Both the position numbers and the translations under genes were made by a program. From contig JBANGJ010000033.1 in NCBI GenBank assembly GCA_037975505.1, forward strand, positions 1,033-65,032: a stretch of DNA of 64,000 nt, in the 5' to 3' direction. The notes under the pieces were generated by a model that was not told where the DNA came from, ran no database searches, and saw only the letters and a program-made list of their open reading frames with translations. The stretch comes from Gemmatimonadota bacterium. GTDB taxonomy: Bacteria > Gemmatimonadota > Gemmatimonadetes > Gemmatimonadales > Gemmatimonadaceae. Of this stretch, positions 1-8,868 are shown one piece after another. Positions within the stretch are counted from its first letter, which is position 1, and the number at the start of each line of letters is the position of its first letter.

Positions 1-1202
1 CGGGCCCCCACGTACTCGTTGGCGCCGGGGCTGCCGCCTTGGATGACGAAGTCCGGCTCCACGCGATGCCAGGTGAGGCCGTCGTAGTACCCGGCGTCCG
101 CGAGCGCGAGCAGCCGCGCCGCCATCATCGGTGCGACGTCACCGCGGAGACGCACGTCGAAGGTGCCGCCGCCCGCGGTGGCGGCCATCGTCACCCGGAG
201 GACGATGGTGTCGCCGAGCGCGAGGGCCACGGCGTGCCGGGGCAGGGTGACGGGCTCCGTCGGCGGGCGATCCTCCGTCGCCGGGCGTCCCGCGGCCGCG
301 AGGAGGGCCACGCGCGCGTCGTGGGCTGACGCGTCCTCCCTGGCGACGATGCGCTCGAAGGCGCGGAGCGCGGCCGGGGCGACGTCCGGGCGCGGGGAGC
401 CGGCGAGCGCCAGCGCGGCCGCGCGCACCACCTGGGCGCCGTCGCGCCGCAGCGCCGCGAGATACCGTGCGTCGTCGGCGTGGCCGGTGCGCGCGTGCAG
501 CGCCTCGATCGCCGACTCGGCCACGTTGTCGTGCGCATCGTCCGTCATCCGGCGAATCGCTGCCGTGTCTTCGAGCACCGCCGCCGCCTGTACCGCGTAC
601 CGGCGCACCTGCCACTGACGATGGGTGAGCAGCTCCGGCAGACGGGACCGCGCCTCCGCCGGGCGGAGGCGCGCCAGCGCGACGATGCCGTGGGCCGCCG
701 CCTGCCACGAGACGTCACCACGGGCGCGGCTCGGCGTCGCAGGCGGGAGCGCGTCCACCCACCGGCGGAAGGTCCCGACGAGGGCGTCATCGCCCGCACA
801 GCTGGCGCGCGCGAGGTCCGCCGCTCGGAGCCGCACCGCCCATGCGCTGTCCATCACGGCAATGCGCAGCGCGGCACAGTCGTCCCGCAACGCGGTGAGC
901 TGACGGAACCGGAGGCGCCATGGGGGTTCGACCCAGAGCGGTGCCTGCGGGACCGCCGGCGCCTCGGCGCGCGCCGCGAACTGCGGGTCGCGGATCCGTC
1001 CGAGGCCACGGACGGCGATGGCCCGCACGCGCGGGTCGGCGTGGGCGAGGCCCGCGGCGAAGGCGCCGTCGGTGCTGTCGCGGCGGTCCTCCGCGAGGAG
1101 GAGGCGGCCCACCAGGACGGAGTCCGCGCGATTCAGGGTCTGCGCCTGTCCGCGTGGGGCGAGGGCGCCGAGGACCAGGAGGGGGAGCAGGAGGAGACGC
1201 AT
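1..1202 (-). CDS. Secreted HEAT-repeat-like protein with C-terminal cyclophilin-type peptidyl-prolyl isomerase domain (3' end runs off window)
   Basis: Not in the ORF track; translated by hand. ATG at 1202 gives signal peptide MRLLLLPLLVLGALAPRGQAQ, then HEAT-like DPRVRAIAVRGLGRI. The same frame reaches cyclophilin motifs GYYDGLTWHRVEPDFVIQGGSPGANEYVG at the window edge. Confidence 0.85.
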   Translation of the reverse strand, partial: MRLLLLPLLVLGALAPRGQAQTLNRADSVLVGRLLLAEDRRDSTDGAFAAGLAHADPRVRAIAVRGLGRIRDPQFAARAEAPAVPQAPLWVEPPWRLRFRQLTALRDDCAALRIAVMDSAWAVRLRAADLARASCAGDDALVGTFRRWVDALPPATPSRARGDVSWQAAAHGIVALARLRPAEARSRLPELLTHRQWQVRRYAVQAAAVLEDTAAIRRMTDDAHDNVAESAIEALHARTGHADDARYLAALRRDGAQVVRAAALALAGSPRPDVAPAALRAFERIVAREDASAHDARVALLAAAGRPATEDRPPTEPVTLPRHAVALALGDTIVLRVTMAATAGGGTFDVRLRGDVAPMMAARLLALADAGYYDGLTWHRVEPDFVIQGGSPGANEYVGA

Positions 1203-1208
1203 CGGTCC

Positions 1209-1214
1209 ATTCTA
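1209..1214 (-). promoter_or_regulatory. -10 box TAGAAT 6 nt upstream of ATG (probable leaderless transcript)
   Basis: Minus strand reads TAGAAT-GGACCG-ATG with no Shine-Dalgarno. Confidence 0.6.
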
Positions 1215-1323
1215 CTGCCCGAGCGCCGCGGCTGCTTCGCGCGGTGCCCTCGACGTCGGCTCGTTACCTTTCCGTCGGCTCCCGTCATTGTGCGACGTTC
1301 AAACCTTGCAGCGAATTCTCTGT

Positions 1324-2151
1324 ATGGACGCCCTCGTCAGCTACTTCGGCAGCATCCCGTCGTCGCATCGCGCCCTCATCCTCGCGGGCGGCATCGCGAG
1401 CTTCTGGCTCTGGGAGGCGGCGGAGCCGCTCTTCCGGTTCGACTACCGGAAGGGGCGACACGCGCTGGTGAATCTCTTCTTCACGGCCACCACGATCGTC
1501 GTGAACTTCGCGCTCGCGTTCCTGTTGCTGCGGGCCTCCGACTGGGCGGTGGCCCGCGAGGTCGGCCTGCGGTTCCTCCTCCCGGCGATGCCGGCCTGGG
1601 TCGATCTCCTGATCGGCTTGCTCGTGCTCGACCTGATCTCGGCGTGGCTCGCGCATTGGGTGCAGCACAAGACGCCCGTGCTCTGGCGGCTGCATCTTGT
1701 GCATCACTCCGATACGCACGTGGACACGACGACCGCCAATCGGCACCACCCGGGGGAGAGCGTGGTGCGCTTCGTCTTCACCACGGCGGCGGTCGTGGCC
1801 GTGGGCGCACCGATGTGGATGGTCTTCCTGTATCAGTCGCTCAGCGTGGTCCTGAGCCAGTTCAACCACGCGAACATCGCGCTGCCGCCGGCGCTGGACC
1901 GCGCCATCAGTTGGGTGCTCGTCTCGCCGGACATGCACAAGGTGCACCATCACTATGTGCTGCCCCACACCGACTCCAACTACGGGAATCTCTTCTCCGT
2001 GTGGGATCGGGTGTTCGGCACCTTCCGGACGATGGAGCGCGGGGCGCTCACCTATGGGATCGACACCCACCTCGCGCCGGCGGAGCACACCTCCATCGGT
2101 GCGCTCCTGACCCTTCCCTTGCGGAAGGGGACGAAGCGGCTCGTCGATTGA
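1324..2151 (+). CDS. Sterol desaturase / fatty acid hydroxylase family membrane protein
   Basis: His boxes HWVQH, HLVHHSD, HHP, FNHAN, HKVHH and NYG..FSVWDR.FGT; several TM segments. Start placed at MDALVS. Confidence 0.9.
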   Translation: MDALVSYFGSIPSSHRALILAGGIASFWLWEAAEPLFRFDYRKGRHALVNLFFTATTIVVNFALAFLLLRASDWAVAREVGLRFLLPAMPAWVDLLIGLLVLDLISAWLAHWVQHKTPVLWRLHLVHHSDTHVDTTTANRHHPGESVVRFVFTTAAVVAVGAPMWMVFLYQSLSVVLSQFNHANIALPPALDRAISWVLVSPDMHKVHHHYVLPHTDSNYGNLFSVWDRVFGTFRTMERGALTYGIDTHLAPAEHTSIGALLTLPLRKGTKRLVD

Positions 2152-2155
2152 CCGG

Positions 2156-2180
2156 GGCGGGGCGCCTCGGGCGCCCCGCC
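2156..2180. terminator. Hairpin between convergent genes (possible bidirectional terminator)
   Basis: GGCGGGGCGCC-TCG-GGCGCCCCGCC, perfect 11-bp stem; no U-tract. Confidence 0.55.
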
Positions 2181-2187
2181 AGTCGGC

Positions 2188-3963
2188 CTACTGCGCGATG
2201 GCCACGCCGTCGCGGCGTGGGTCCGCGGCCCCGATGCGGCGGCCGTCCGGGCGGATGGCGATGGCGTGCACGCCACCGAACTGGATGTCTGCCACCCGGC
2301 TGACGGGGCGGTAGCCGCGGGTCAGGAGCCCCGCGTAGACGTCACTCGAGAATCCGGGCTCCACTTCCACCTCCCGTCGCGTCGGGGAGGAGAGAATACG
2401 AGGCGCGGCGACGGCGGTGGCGGGATCTTCGCCAAAAGCCAGCATACGGACGGTCACCTGCGCGACCGCGGGCTGGATGTACTGCGAGCCGGCGGCACCG
2501 ACCACGAGTCGGACCCGCGCGCCGTCGAGGATGATCGTCGGCGCGATGGTCGAGTTGGTGAACCGGTTCACGCCGCGCGTGCGGGCCGTCAGGTTCGCCC
2601 CGGACGAATTGAGGAAGAATCCGCTCGTGTAGACCCCGGACCCGAAGAGCACGCCCACCGTCGTCGTCGCTGACACGGCGTTGCCGTCGGCATCCACCAC
2701 CGCGAGGTGTGACGTGTTGCTCCCGGCGAATTCGGTCCACGGCTCCGGGTCTTCGGGCCGCGCGCTCAGGCCCGTCGTCGGGCGCGCGACGATCGGCGTG
2801 GGGTAGGGCGCGCAGGCGGAGGCGCCCGCATCGGCCTCGAAGCCCCACGGATCACCCGCGCGCACTGAATCGCCGGCCGGGCCGGCGACACCCGCGGCGC
2901 GAGAGGTGTTGTAGCCCGCGCTCACGAGGCCGCGGGAAGGCACCGGCATCACCGCCGGGTCGCCGTGCCAGGCGGCGTCGGCGGTGGCGGTGCGGATGAT
3001 CCCCGCCATCGTGGCCACCGCATCCGGCTGCTCCGTGAAGCCGCCGGCGCGCGTGACCCCTGCGGCCTCGGCCATCTGCAGCATCTGCAGCACCGGGACG
3101 CCGCCGGTCGGCGGCGGCGCGGAGAGCACGGTGTACCCGCGCCAGACGGTGCAGAGCGGCGCGGGCGTCGCGATGGCGTACGACTGCACGTCCTTCAGCG
3201 TGATCAGCCCGCCCCGCGCGCGGACCGCCGCCGAGAGCCGATCCGCCACGGTCCCCGTGTAGAACGCGTCACGTCCCTCGGTTGCGATTCGCTCGAGTGT
3301 GGCGGCGAGTTCCGGTTGGACGAGCCGCGCCCCAGGGGTGAGCGGCTCGCCGCCCGGCAACAGCCGCGCTGCGGCGGCGGGCTCCTCCAGGAGCTTGGCC
3401 CGCGACGAGGCGATGGTCCGCGACAGGAGGGGCGTCACCGTGAAGCCATCGCGCGCGAGTCGGATGGCCGGTGCCATCACTCGCGCCAGCGGCAGCCGGC
3501 CGAATCGCCGGTGTGCCTCGAGGAGCCCGGCGACCATCCCGGGGGTGGCCGCGGCACGTCCGGCGCGCCGACCAGCGGGGGTGGTGTCATTCACCGCCCA
3601 GAGCGTGTCCTCGCCGGTGCGCGGATAGAAGGTGAGGTGCTCGGCGCGGCCGCGGGCCGCATCGTACCAGGTGAGCGCGCCACCCCCGCCGAGTCCGGTC
3701 TGCGAGATGTCGGTGACGGAGAGCGCGAAGGCGGTCGCTACCGCGGCGTCCGCCGCGTTGCCGCCGGCCCGCAGGATCTCCACGCCCGCCGCGGCGGCAT
3801 CCGGTTGCGAGGCCGCGACCATCCCCGCGGCTCCTTCGGCGCGCTTGCCGGTCATCGCGGCGATGGCGGTGGGTGCCGGGGCAGGCCGGGTGCAGGCCGT
3901 CAGGGCGGCGAGGCAGAGCGCACCCCATCCGGGGGCGCCGAAGCGGCGGGCGATCGTCGTCAT
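2188..3963 (-). CDS. Gamma-glutamyltransferase-family Ntn hydrolase, lipoprotein
   Basis: GGNAADAAVA, TGLGGGG, PGMVAGL, LVQPELAATL, nucleophile N-T-SHLAVVDADGNAVS, GAADPRRDG; lipobox LTAC. Confidence 0.88.
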   Translation of the reverse strand: MTTIARRFGAPGWGALCLAALTACTRPAPAPTAIAAMTGKRAEGAAGMVAASQPDAAAAGVEILRAGGNAADAAVATAFALSVTDISQTGLGGGGALTWYDAARGRAEHLTFYPRTGEDTLWAVNDTTPAGRRAGRAAATPGMVAGLLEAHRRFGRLPLARVMAPAIRLARDGFTVTPLLSRTIASSRAKLLEEPAAAARLLPGGEPLTPGARLVQPELAATLERIATEGRDAFYTGTVADRLSAAVRARGGLITLKDVQSYAIATPAPLCTVWRGYTVLSAPPPTGGVPVLQMLQMAEAAGVTRAGGFTEQPDAVATMAGIIRTATADAAWHGDPAVMPVPSRGLVSAGYNTSRAAGVAGPAGDSVRAGDPWGFEADAGASACAPYPTPIVARPTTGLSARPEDPEPWTEFAGSNTSHLAVVDADGNAVSATTTVGVLFGSGVYTSGFFLNSSGANLTARTRGVNRFTNSTIAPTIILDGARVRLVVGAAGSQYIQPAVAQVTVRMLAFGEDPATAVAAPRILSSPTRREVEVEPGFSSDVYAGLLTRGYRPVSRVADIQFGGVHAIAIRPDGRRIGAADPRRDGVAIAQ

Positions 3964-3969
3964 CCCCGA

Positions 3970-3975
3970 ACGCTA
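3970..3975 (-). promoter_or_regulatory. -10 box TAGCGT 6 nt upstream of the GGT ATG (probable leaderless)
   Basis: Minus strand TAGCGT-TCGGGG-ATG, with TTGTGC 16 nt further upstream. Confidence 0.45.
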
Positions 3976-4061
3976 TAACGGTCGCCGCGTCGCACAAGCA
4001 CCCTCCGGTCACCCCAGGGCCGGGGCGAGCCAAGCCCCGGTTCCCCCGCGCCGCGGAACGG

Positions 4062-4526
4062 TCAGTCGGTGCGGCTGCGCTTGGGGAAGACCAGCACGCG
4101 CCGTTCGACGCGCCGGTGCGCGAGCGCCCGGACGACGTCCGTCGTGGAGACGATCCCCAGCAGGCGGTCGCCATCGACCACGGGCAGGCGGTGCAGGCGG
4201 TCGCGGTTGAGGACCTCCGCCACCGTCGACACCGGCACATCCGGCGCGACGGTGCGCATCGGCGCACGCGACATCGCCTCCTCCACCGTGTGATCGTCCA
4301 GAATCCCCCGCTCGGTCCGGTCGCGCACCTCGGCGGGCTCCGCCGGCAGGGCGCTCATGAAGTCGAGCAGGTCGCTCGCGCTCAGCATCCCGACGAGACG
4401 GCCGTGCCGCATCACCGGCGCGCCCCCGAGCCGTTCCATCGCAAGCGCCTCGGCGGCCTCGCGCACGCTGACGTCGGGGTCGAAGGTCAGTACGTCGGTG
4501 GTCATGATGTCGCGCGCGGTCAGCAT
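4062..4526 (-). CDS. Tandem CBS-domain protein
   Basis: ARDIMTTDV...GAPV...LVGMLSASDLL and VEEAMS...HRLPVVDGDRLLGIVSTTDVV. Confidence 0.92.
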   Translation of the reverse strand: MLTARDIMTTDVLTFDPDVSVREAAEALAMERLGGAPVMRHGRLVGMLSASDLLDFMSALPAEPAEVRDRTERGILDDHTVEEAMSRAPMRTVAPDVPVSTVAEVLNRDRLHRLPVVDGDRLLGIVSTTDVVRALAHRRVERRVLVFPKRSRTD

Positions 4527-4547
4527 GGTGGACTCGCGGGAGGAGGG

Positions 4548-5657
4548 TCAGCGGGTGGACGGCTTCATCGAGGGGAGCGGGAAGCGCAGGCCGGCGATCA
4601 CACCGTCCGCGTCCCCGTCCAACAGCGCGCCGGAGGCGGGAGCCACCTGCACGGCCGCTCCTTCGAGGAGGGCCTGTTCGACGAGGTGTTCGATGGCCGC
4701 CGGGTGTTCGTGCCAGGCCCGTTCGGAGAAGATCAGCTCGGCGAGCGCGCCGAAGTCCGCCGCGGCCTGCGTCGGGCCCAAGCCGAGGGCCGCGCGGCCG
4801 TTGTGATGCGCCTGCTCGCGCAGCTCGGTGATGCGCGCCTCGCGTTGCGCCGATGCGAGCTCCACGAGCGCCTCGTGCAGTGCCGACGCGAGGTCGCCGC
4901 CCTGGGTGCCCACGGTGAGCCCCGGCACCAGCTGGCACCGCGACTGCAGTTGCGGAGGGAGGCTGTGGATGAGGGCCGTGGTGCTCTCGGATGCTCCCCC
5001 GATCAGGATCGGCTCGTGCGCGTGAACGAGCAGGGGCACCTTGTGGCGCACGGCCCCGAGCAGACGATTGGCGGCTTCCGCGCGGAGGCGCTGCTCCTCA
5101 TCGGTGGCGGTGACCCCGCGCGTGCCGGTGTGGAACCCCACCTGTGGCGGCCGTGTCGAGTGCGGTCCGACCCCGTGGATCTCCTCGGCCATCATCGTCG
5201 CCAGGGGCTCGAAGGCCATGTCGCGCCACCGGCCGATGCGGGCGTGCTCTCGGTCCATCAGCACCACGAGGGCGCTTCCCTCCGTCGCGACGCGCAGGTA
5301 GGGCACCACGCGCGGCCCGCGTGCCCAGGTGACCGAGCTTTCGCGCACCTCCGGGAGCGCGCGGGCGATGGTCTCGCCGTTCGCGGCGCTGAAGCAGGCC
5401 CATCCGGTGGTCGCCGGCGGGGAGTCGCCGTCGGGGATGCGGGCGAGCACTGCCGCGGCGCATCGGTCGAAGGTCTCGCGCTCCTCCCGCGCGGAGCTGG
5501 GGATGGTCTTGCGGGCGGTGTGGATCCCCTTCTTGAGGTGCACCCGCCACGCGCGCCGCGACGCGGGGTCGTGCGGCGCGGCCTCGACGTACACGCTCAG
5601 GGTGGGTTCGTCGTGGTGTGCGCGGATGAACCGCAGCAGGTCCTCGGGGACGAGCAT
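4548..5657 (-). CDS. Bacterial archaeo-eukaryotic release factor (baeRF/aeRF1-like) family protein
   Basis: N-terminal TLSVY, middle LVVLMDREHARI and ILIGG, C-terminal L7Ae-like end IEHLVEQALLEGAAVQV...GVIAGLRF. Start at MLVPEDLL with GAGG upstream. Confidence 0.75.
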   Translation of the reverse strand: MLVPEDLLRFIRAHHDEPTLSVYVEAAPHDPASRRAWRVHLKKGIHTARKTIPSSAREERETFDRCAAAVLARIPDGDSPPATTGWACFSAANGETIARALPEVRESSVTWARGPRVVPYLRVATEGSALVVLMDREHARIGRWRDMAFEPLATMMAEEIHGVGPHSTRPPQVGFHTGTRGVTATDEEQRLRAEAANRLLGAVRHKVPLLVHAHEPILIGGASESTTALIHSLPPQLQSRCQLVPGLTVGTQGGDLASALHEALVELASAQREARITELREQAHHNGRAALGLGPTQAAADFGALAELIFSERAWHEHPAAIEHLVEQALLEGAAVQVAPASGALLDGDADGVIAGLRFPLPSMKPSTR

Positions 5658-5741
5658 GGCGCCCTCCAGGCGGGCGGGGTGGTCTGTCCCCAGTGTCGCC
5701 CGCGGACCCGGCGGCGAGTATCGGCGGTTGCCCGGCGGTGG

Positions 5742-5771
5742 GTGCGGAACTCCCCTCGGGGACTTCCGCAC
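5742..5771. promoter_or_regulatory. Imperfect inverted repeat (activator site for baeRF-CBS unit, or feoB terminator)
   Basis: GTGCGGAA-C-TCCCC-TC-GGGGA-C-TTCCGCAC; a -10-like GATACT lies at 5722-5717 on the minus strand. Confidence 0.45.
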
Positions 5772-5784
5772 ACGGAGGCGGCGG

Positions 5785-7932
5785 TCAGGCCCCGAGGAGG
5801 AGGCGCGTCACCTGCGTGACGAGGAAGCAGACCACGACACCCAAGCCGAGCGGCAGCAGCGTCGCCACCGCGGTCCAGCGGGCGCTCCCCGTTTCCTTCC
5901 AGATGGTGTGAATCGTGGTGGAGCAGGGGTTATGGAGGAGGCTGAACAGCATCAGGTTCACCGCGGTCAGCGTCGTCCATCCGTTCGCGCGTAGGAGCGT
6001 CCCGATGGCGGCCGGCTCGAGCTCGAAGAGCACGCCCGCCCCGGCGCCGACCTCCGGGGTCGCGCCGACGAGGACCGTGAGCATCAGCACGGTCGGGATG
6101 ACGATCTCGTTCGCCGGGATCGCGACCACGTAGGCGAGGAGGATCACGCCGTTGAGGCCGAGGAGGACCCCGACCGGCTCGAGCCCGCGAATGAGGTACG
6201 TCGCCAGCGGCGCCCCGCCGACCACGACGTTGCTGAGGAGCCAGAGCACCGCCCCCGCGGGGGCGGCGAACACGATCGCGCGCCAGAGGACGATCAGCGT
6301 GCGGTCGACGACGGAGGTGTAGAGCGCCTGCCAGAGGCGCGGCGGGCGGTACGGCGGGAGCTCGAGACTGAAGCTCGTCGCCTCGCCGCGCAGCGTCGTG
6401 CGCGTGAGCAGCCACGACGCCCCGAACATCGCGGCGACGCCGAGCAGCGTGACGGCCACCACCGCGGCGGCGGAGACGAGACCGGCGAGGGCCGGGGGGG
6501 CGAGTACCCCGACGAAGAGGGAGGCCATCAGGATCTGCGTCGGCCACCGGCCGTTGCAGAGCGAGAAGTTGTTGGTGATGATCGCGACGAGCCGCTCCCG
6601 CGGGCTGTCGATCACCCGCGTGGCCACGACGCCGGCGGCGTTGCAGCCGAACCCCATGCACATCGTCAGCGCCTGCTTACCGTGCGCCCCGACGCGTCGG
6701 AAGGCCGCATCGAGATTGAACGCCACGCGCGGCAGGTAGCCGAGGTCCTCGAGCAGCGTGAAGAGCGGGAAGAAGATCGCCATCGGCGGGAGCATCACGG
6801 CGACGACCCACGCCGTCGCGAGGTACACGCCATCGACGAGGATCCCGCGCAGCCACGCGGGCGCGCCCATCACCACGGCGACGTCTCGCAGCCAGGCGTG
6901 GCCGCGGTCCACCAGCAGATCGCCGAGCAGCCCCGACGGCACGTTCGCGCCTGCGATGGTGAGCCAGAAGACCACCCCGAGCAGCAGGACCATCACGGGG
7001 ATCCCCGTCGCGGGGCTCGTCAACCAGCGATCGAGGGTGCGGTCCAGGTCGAACCGCGCCTTCCGCACCCCCTGCAGTGTGGCGCGCGCCGCGAGGCGTT
7101 CGGCTTCCGCGAAGAGCCCCGCGGCCAGCCGATCGTGGAAGTCGGCGGGGAGCCGCCAGCGCAGCGCGTCCACCTGCTGCGCCACGAACGCCGGCACCGT
7201 GGCCGCCACGCGCTCGTCGCCGTCGAGGAGGCGCAGCGCGATCCATCGGGCGTTGGGGCGCGCGGGGTCGGCGGCGCGGACGTGCCCCTCGGCCTCGACG
7301 AGCAACGCGGTGACATCTGGCGCGAAGGGCTCGGCACGTGCCGGGGTGGGGACGAGCGTGCCGCGTGCCACCTGACGGATCGCCTCGCGGAGCGCATCCA
7401 CGCCCTCCTCCCGGCGTGCCGCCGTCGGAATCACCGGCACTCCGAGGTCTCGCGCGAGCGCCGCCGGGTCCACGCCGATGCCGAGCCGCCGCGCCTCGTC
7501 CATCAGGTTGAGGCAGACGACCACGCGCGGGGTGATCTCGAGGACCTGGAGCGCCAGGTTGAGGTTCCGCTCGAGGCGCGTCGCGTCGAGGACCAGTACC
7601 GTCACGTCCGGCGCGCCGAAGAGCAGGGCATCGCGGGCCACCTCCTCATCGGCGCTTGCTGCCTGCAGCGAGTAGGTGCCCGGGAGGTCCACCAGCTGGA
7701 AGCGGTCCCCGCCGACGGTGAAGAACCCCTCCGCGCGCGTGACCGTCTTGCCCGGCCAGTTGCCCGTGTGCTGTCGGAGCCCCGTGAGCGCGTTGAAGAC
7801 CGTGCTCTTGCCGGTGTTGGGATTGCCGGCGAGTGCGACGGCGAAGTCCCAGCGGTCGGAGCGGACGCCGAGCTGCACGAGAGCGGGGTCGCGCGCGGGC
7901 AGGCGCGTGCGCATCGAGGTGGTGGGGATCAT
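5785..7932 (-). CDS. feoB: FeoB-family ferrous iron/manganese transporter
   Basis: G1 GNPNTGKS, G2 NWPGKTV, G3 DLPG, G4 NLMD; membrane part LEDLGYLPR, MGFGCNA, ELPPYR, PC motif. ATGA overlap with the upstream gene. Confidence 0.95.
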   Translation of the reverse strand: MIPTTSMRTRLPARDPALVQLGVRSDRWDFAVALAGNPNTGKSTVFNALTGLRQHTGNWPGKTVTRAEGFFTVGGDRFQLVDLPGTYSLQAASADEEVARDALLFGAPDVTVLVLDATRLERNLNLALQVLEITPRVVVCLNLMDEARRLGIGVDPAALARDLGVPVIPTAARREEGVDALREAIRQVARGTLVPTPARAEPFAPDVTALLVEAEGHVRAADPARPNARWIALRLLDGDERVAATVPAFVAQQVDALRWRLPADFHDRLAAGLFAEAERLAARATLQGVRKARFDLDRTLDRWLTSPATGIPVMVLLLGVVFWLTIAGANVPSGLLGDLLVDRGHAWLRDVAVVMGAPAWLRGILVDGVYLATAWVVAVMLPPMAIFFPLFTLLEDLGYLPRVAFNLDAAFRRVGAHGKQALTMCMGFGCNAAGVVATRVIDSPRERLVAIITNNFSLCNGRWPTQILMASLFVGVLAPPALAGLVSAAAVVAVTLLGVAAMFGASWLLTRTTLRGEATSFSLELPPYRPPRLWQALYTSVVDRTLIVLWRAIVFAAPAGAVLWLLSNVVVGGAPLATYLIRGLEPVGVLLGLNGVILLAYVVAIPANEIVIPTVLMLTVLVGATPEVGAGAGVLFELEPAAIGTLLRANGWTTLTAVNLMLFSLLHNPCSTTIHTIWKETGSARWTAVATLLPLGLGVVVCFLVTQVTRLLLGA

Positions 7933-8735
7933 CCGTCGTGCCCTTCGGACTCGACCTCGATCCACGCCGCCTGCTGCCGTCGGAGCGCGATCAGCGCCCC
8001 GCGGATGCGGTACGCGGTGGGATCGCCCGCGGCACTGCGCCGCTCGACGACGATCCGCGTCCCCGGCACGACGCCCAGGTCGAGCAGGCGCCGCCGCTGT
8101 GCCCCGCGACAGGCGTCGGTGAGGTGGCGCACGTGGGCCGTCGCCCCGAGCGGCACGTCGGCGAGCGTGCGCCCCGCGGGCGGCAGGGCGGGGCGCACCT
8201 CGGTCACGGGGAGCTCACCCGTCGCGGTCGGGATCGGTTCGCCGTGCGGATCGAAGCGGGGCTGTCCGAGCCGGACCGCGAGCGCCTCCACCTCCTCCGC
8301 GGAGAGCCGATGTTCCTCGTCCTCCGCGACGCGATGCCACTCCTCGGGGTCGACCCCCGTGCGGTCCGCGAGGAACTGCTCCACCAGTCGGTGCGAGCGC
8401 ACGATCCGCAACGCCTCACGGCGACCCGCCTCGGTGAGGCGGTGGCCCGCGGGCCCGACGCTCGTCACGAACCCCTGCGCCGTGAGCCGCTCCACCAGCT
8501 GCCGTGCGCCCGCGGGCCGGAGCTCGAGCGCCCCGGCGAGCGCATCCACGTGGACGTCGAGGCCCTCGGCACCGCGGTGGAAGAGGTACTTGAGCGCATC
8601 CTCGCGTCGCTCGCGGTCGGCGTCGCGTCGGGCGCGGAGCAGCCGGGCCGCCACGCCGCGCCTCGGCCACGCGACGAGACACGTGACCGCGACGAGGGCG
8701 GCGAAGCCGAGGAGGGCGAGGCGGGGATCGAGCAT
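7929..8735 (-). CDS. DtxR/MntR-family metal-dependent regulator with N-terminal TM helix and C-terminal FeoA domain
   Basis: EDALKYL, HTH, LTEAGR, SHRLVEQFL, HRVAEDEEH, LGQPRFDPHGEPIP; FeoA RRLLDLGVVPGT...GDPTAYRIRGALIALR; hydrophobic LALLGFAALVAVTCLVAW at the N-terminus. Confidence 0.9.
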   Translation of the reverse strand: MLDPRLALLGFAALVAVTCLVAWPRRGVAARLLRARRDADRERREDALKYLFHRGAEGLDVHVDALAGALELRPAGARQLVERLTAQGFVTSVGPAGHRLTEAGRREALRIVRSHRLVEQFLADRTGVDPEEWHRVAEDEEHRLSAEEVEALAVRLGQPRFDPHGEPIPTATGELPVTEVRPALPPAGRTLADVPLGATAHVRHLTDACRGAQRRRLLDLGVVPGTRIVVERRSAAGDPTAYRIRGALIALRRQQAAWIEVESEGHDG

Positions 8736-8742
8736 CGAAAAG

Positions 8743-8756
8743 TTAGGACATCCTAA
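8743..8756. promoter_or_regulatory. DtxR-family operator palindrome TTAGGA-CA-TCCTAA
   Basis: AT-rich palindrome 7 nt upstream of the regulator ATG; matches the TTAGG-N4-CCTAA core of SirR/DtxR-type boxes. Confidence 0.8.
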
Positions 8757-8868
8757 ATGACGGCGATGGGACCGTGCTGCGTCAAGGTCCGCGCGCGGCT
8801 TGCGCACCCCGGGAGGGGAGGCCTTCGTTCCCCGGTCCGCGCTCCCTCCCCCCTCCCGCTCGCGCGCC

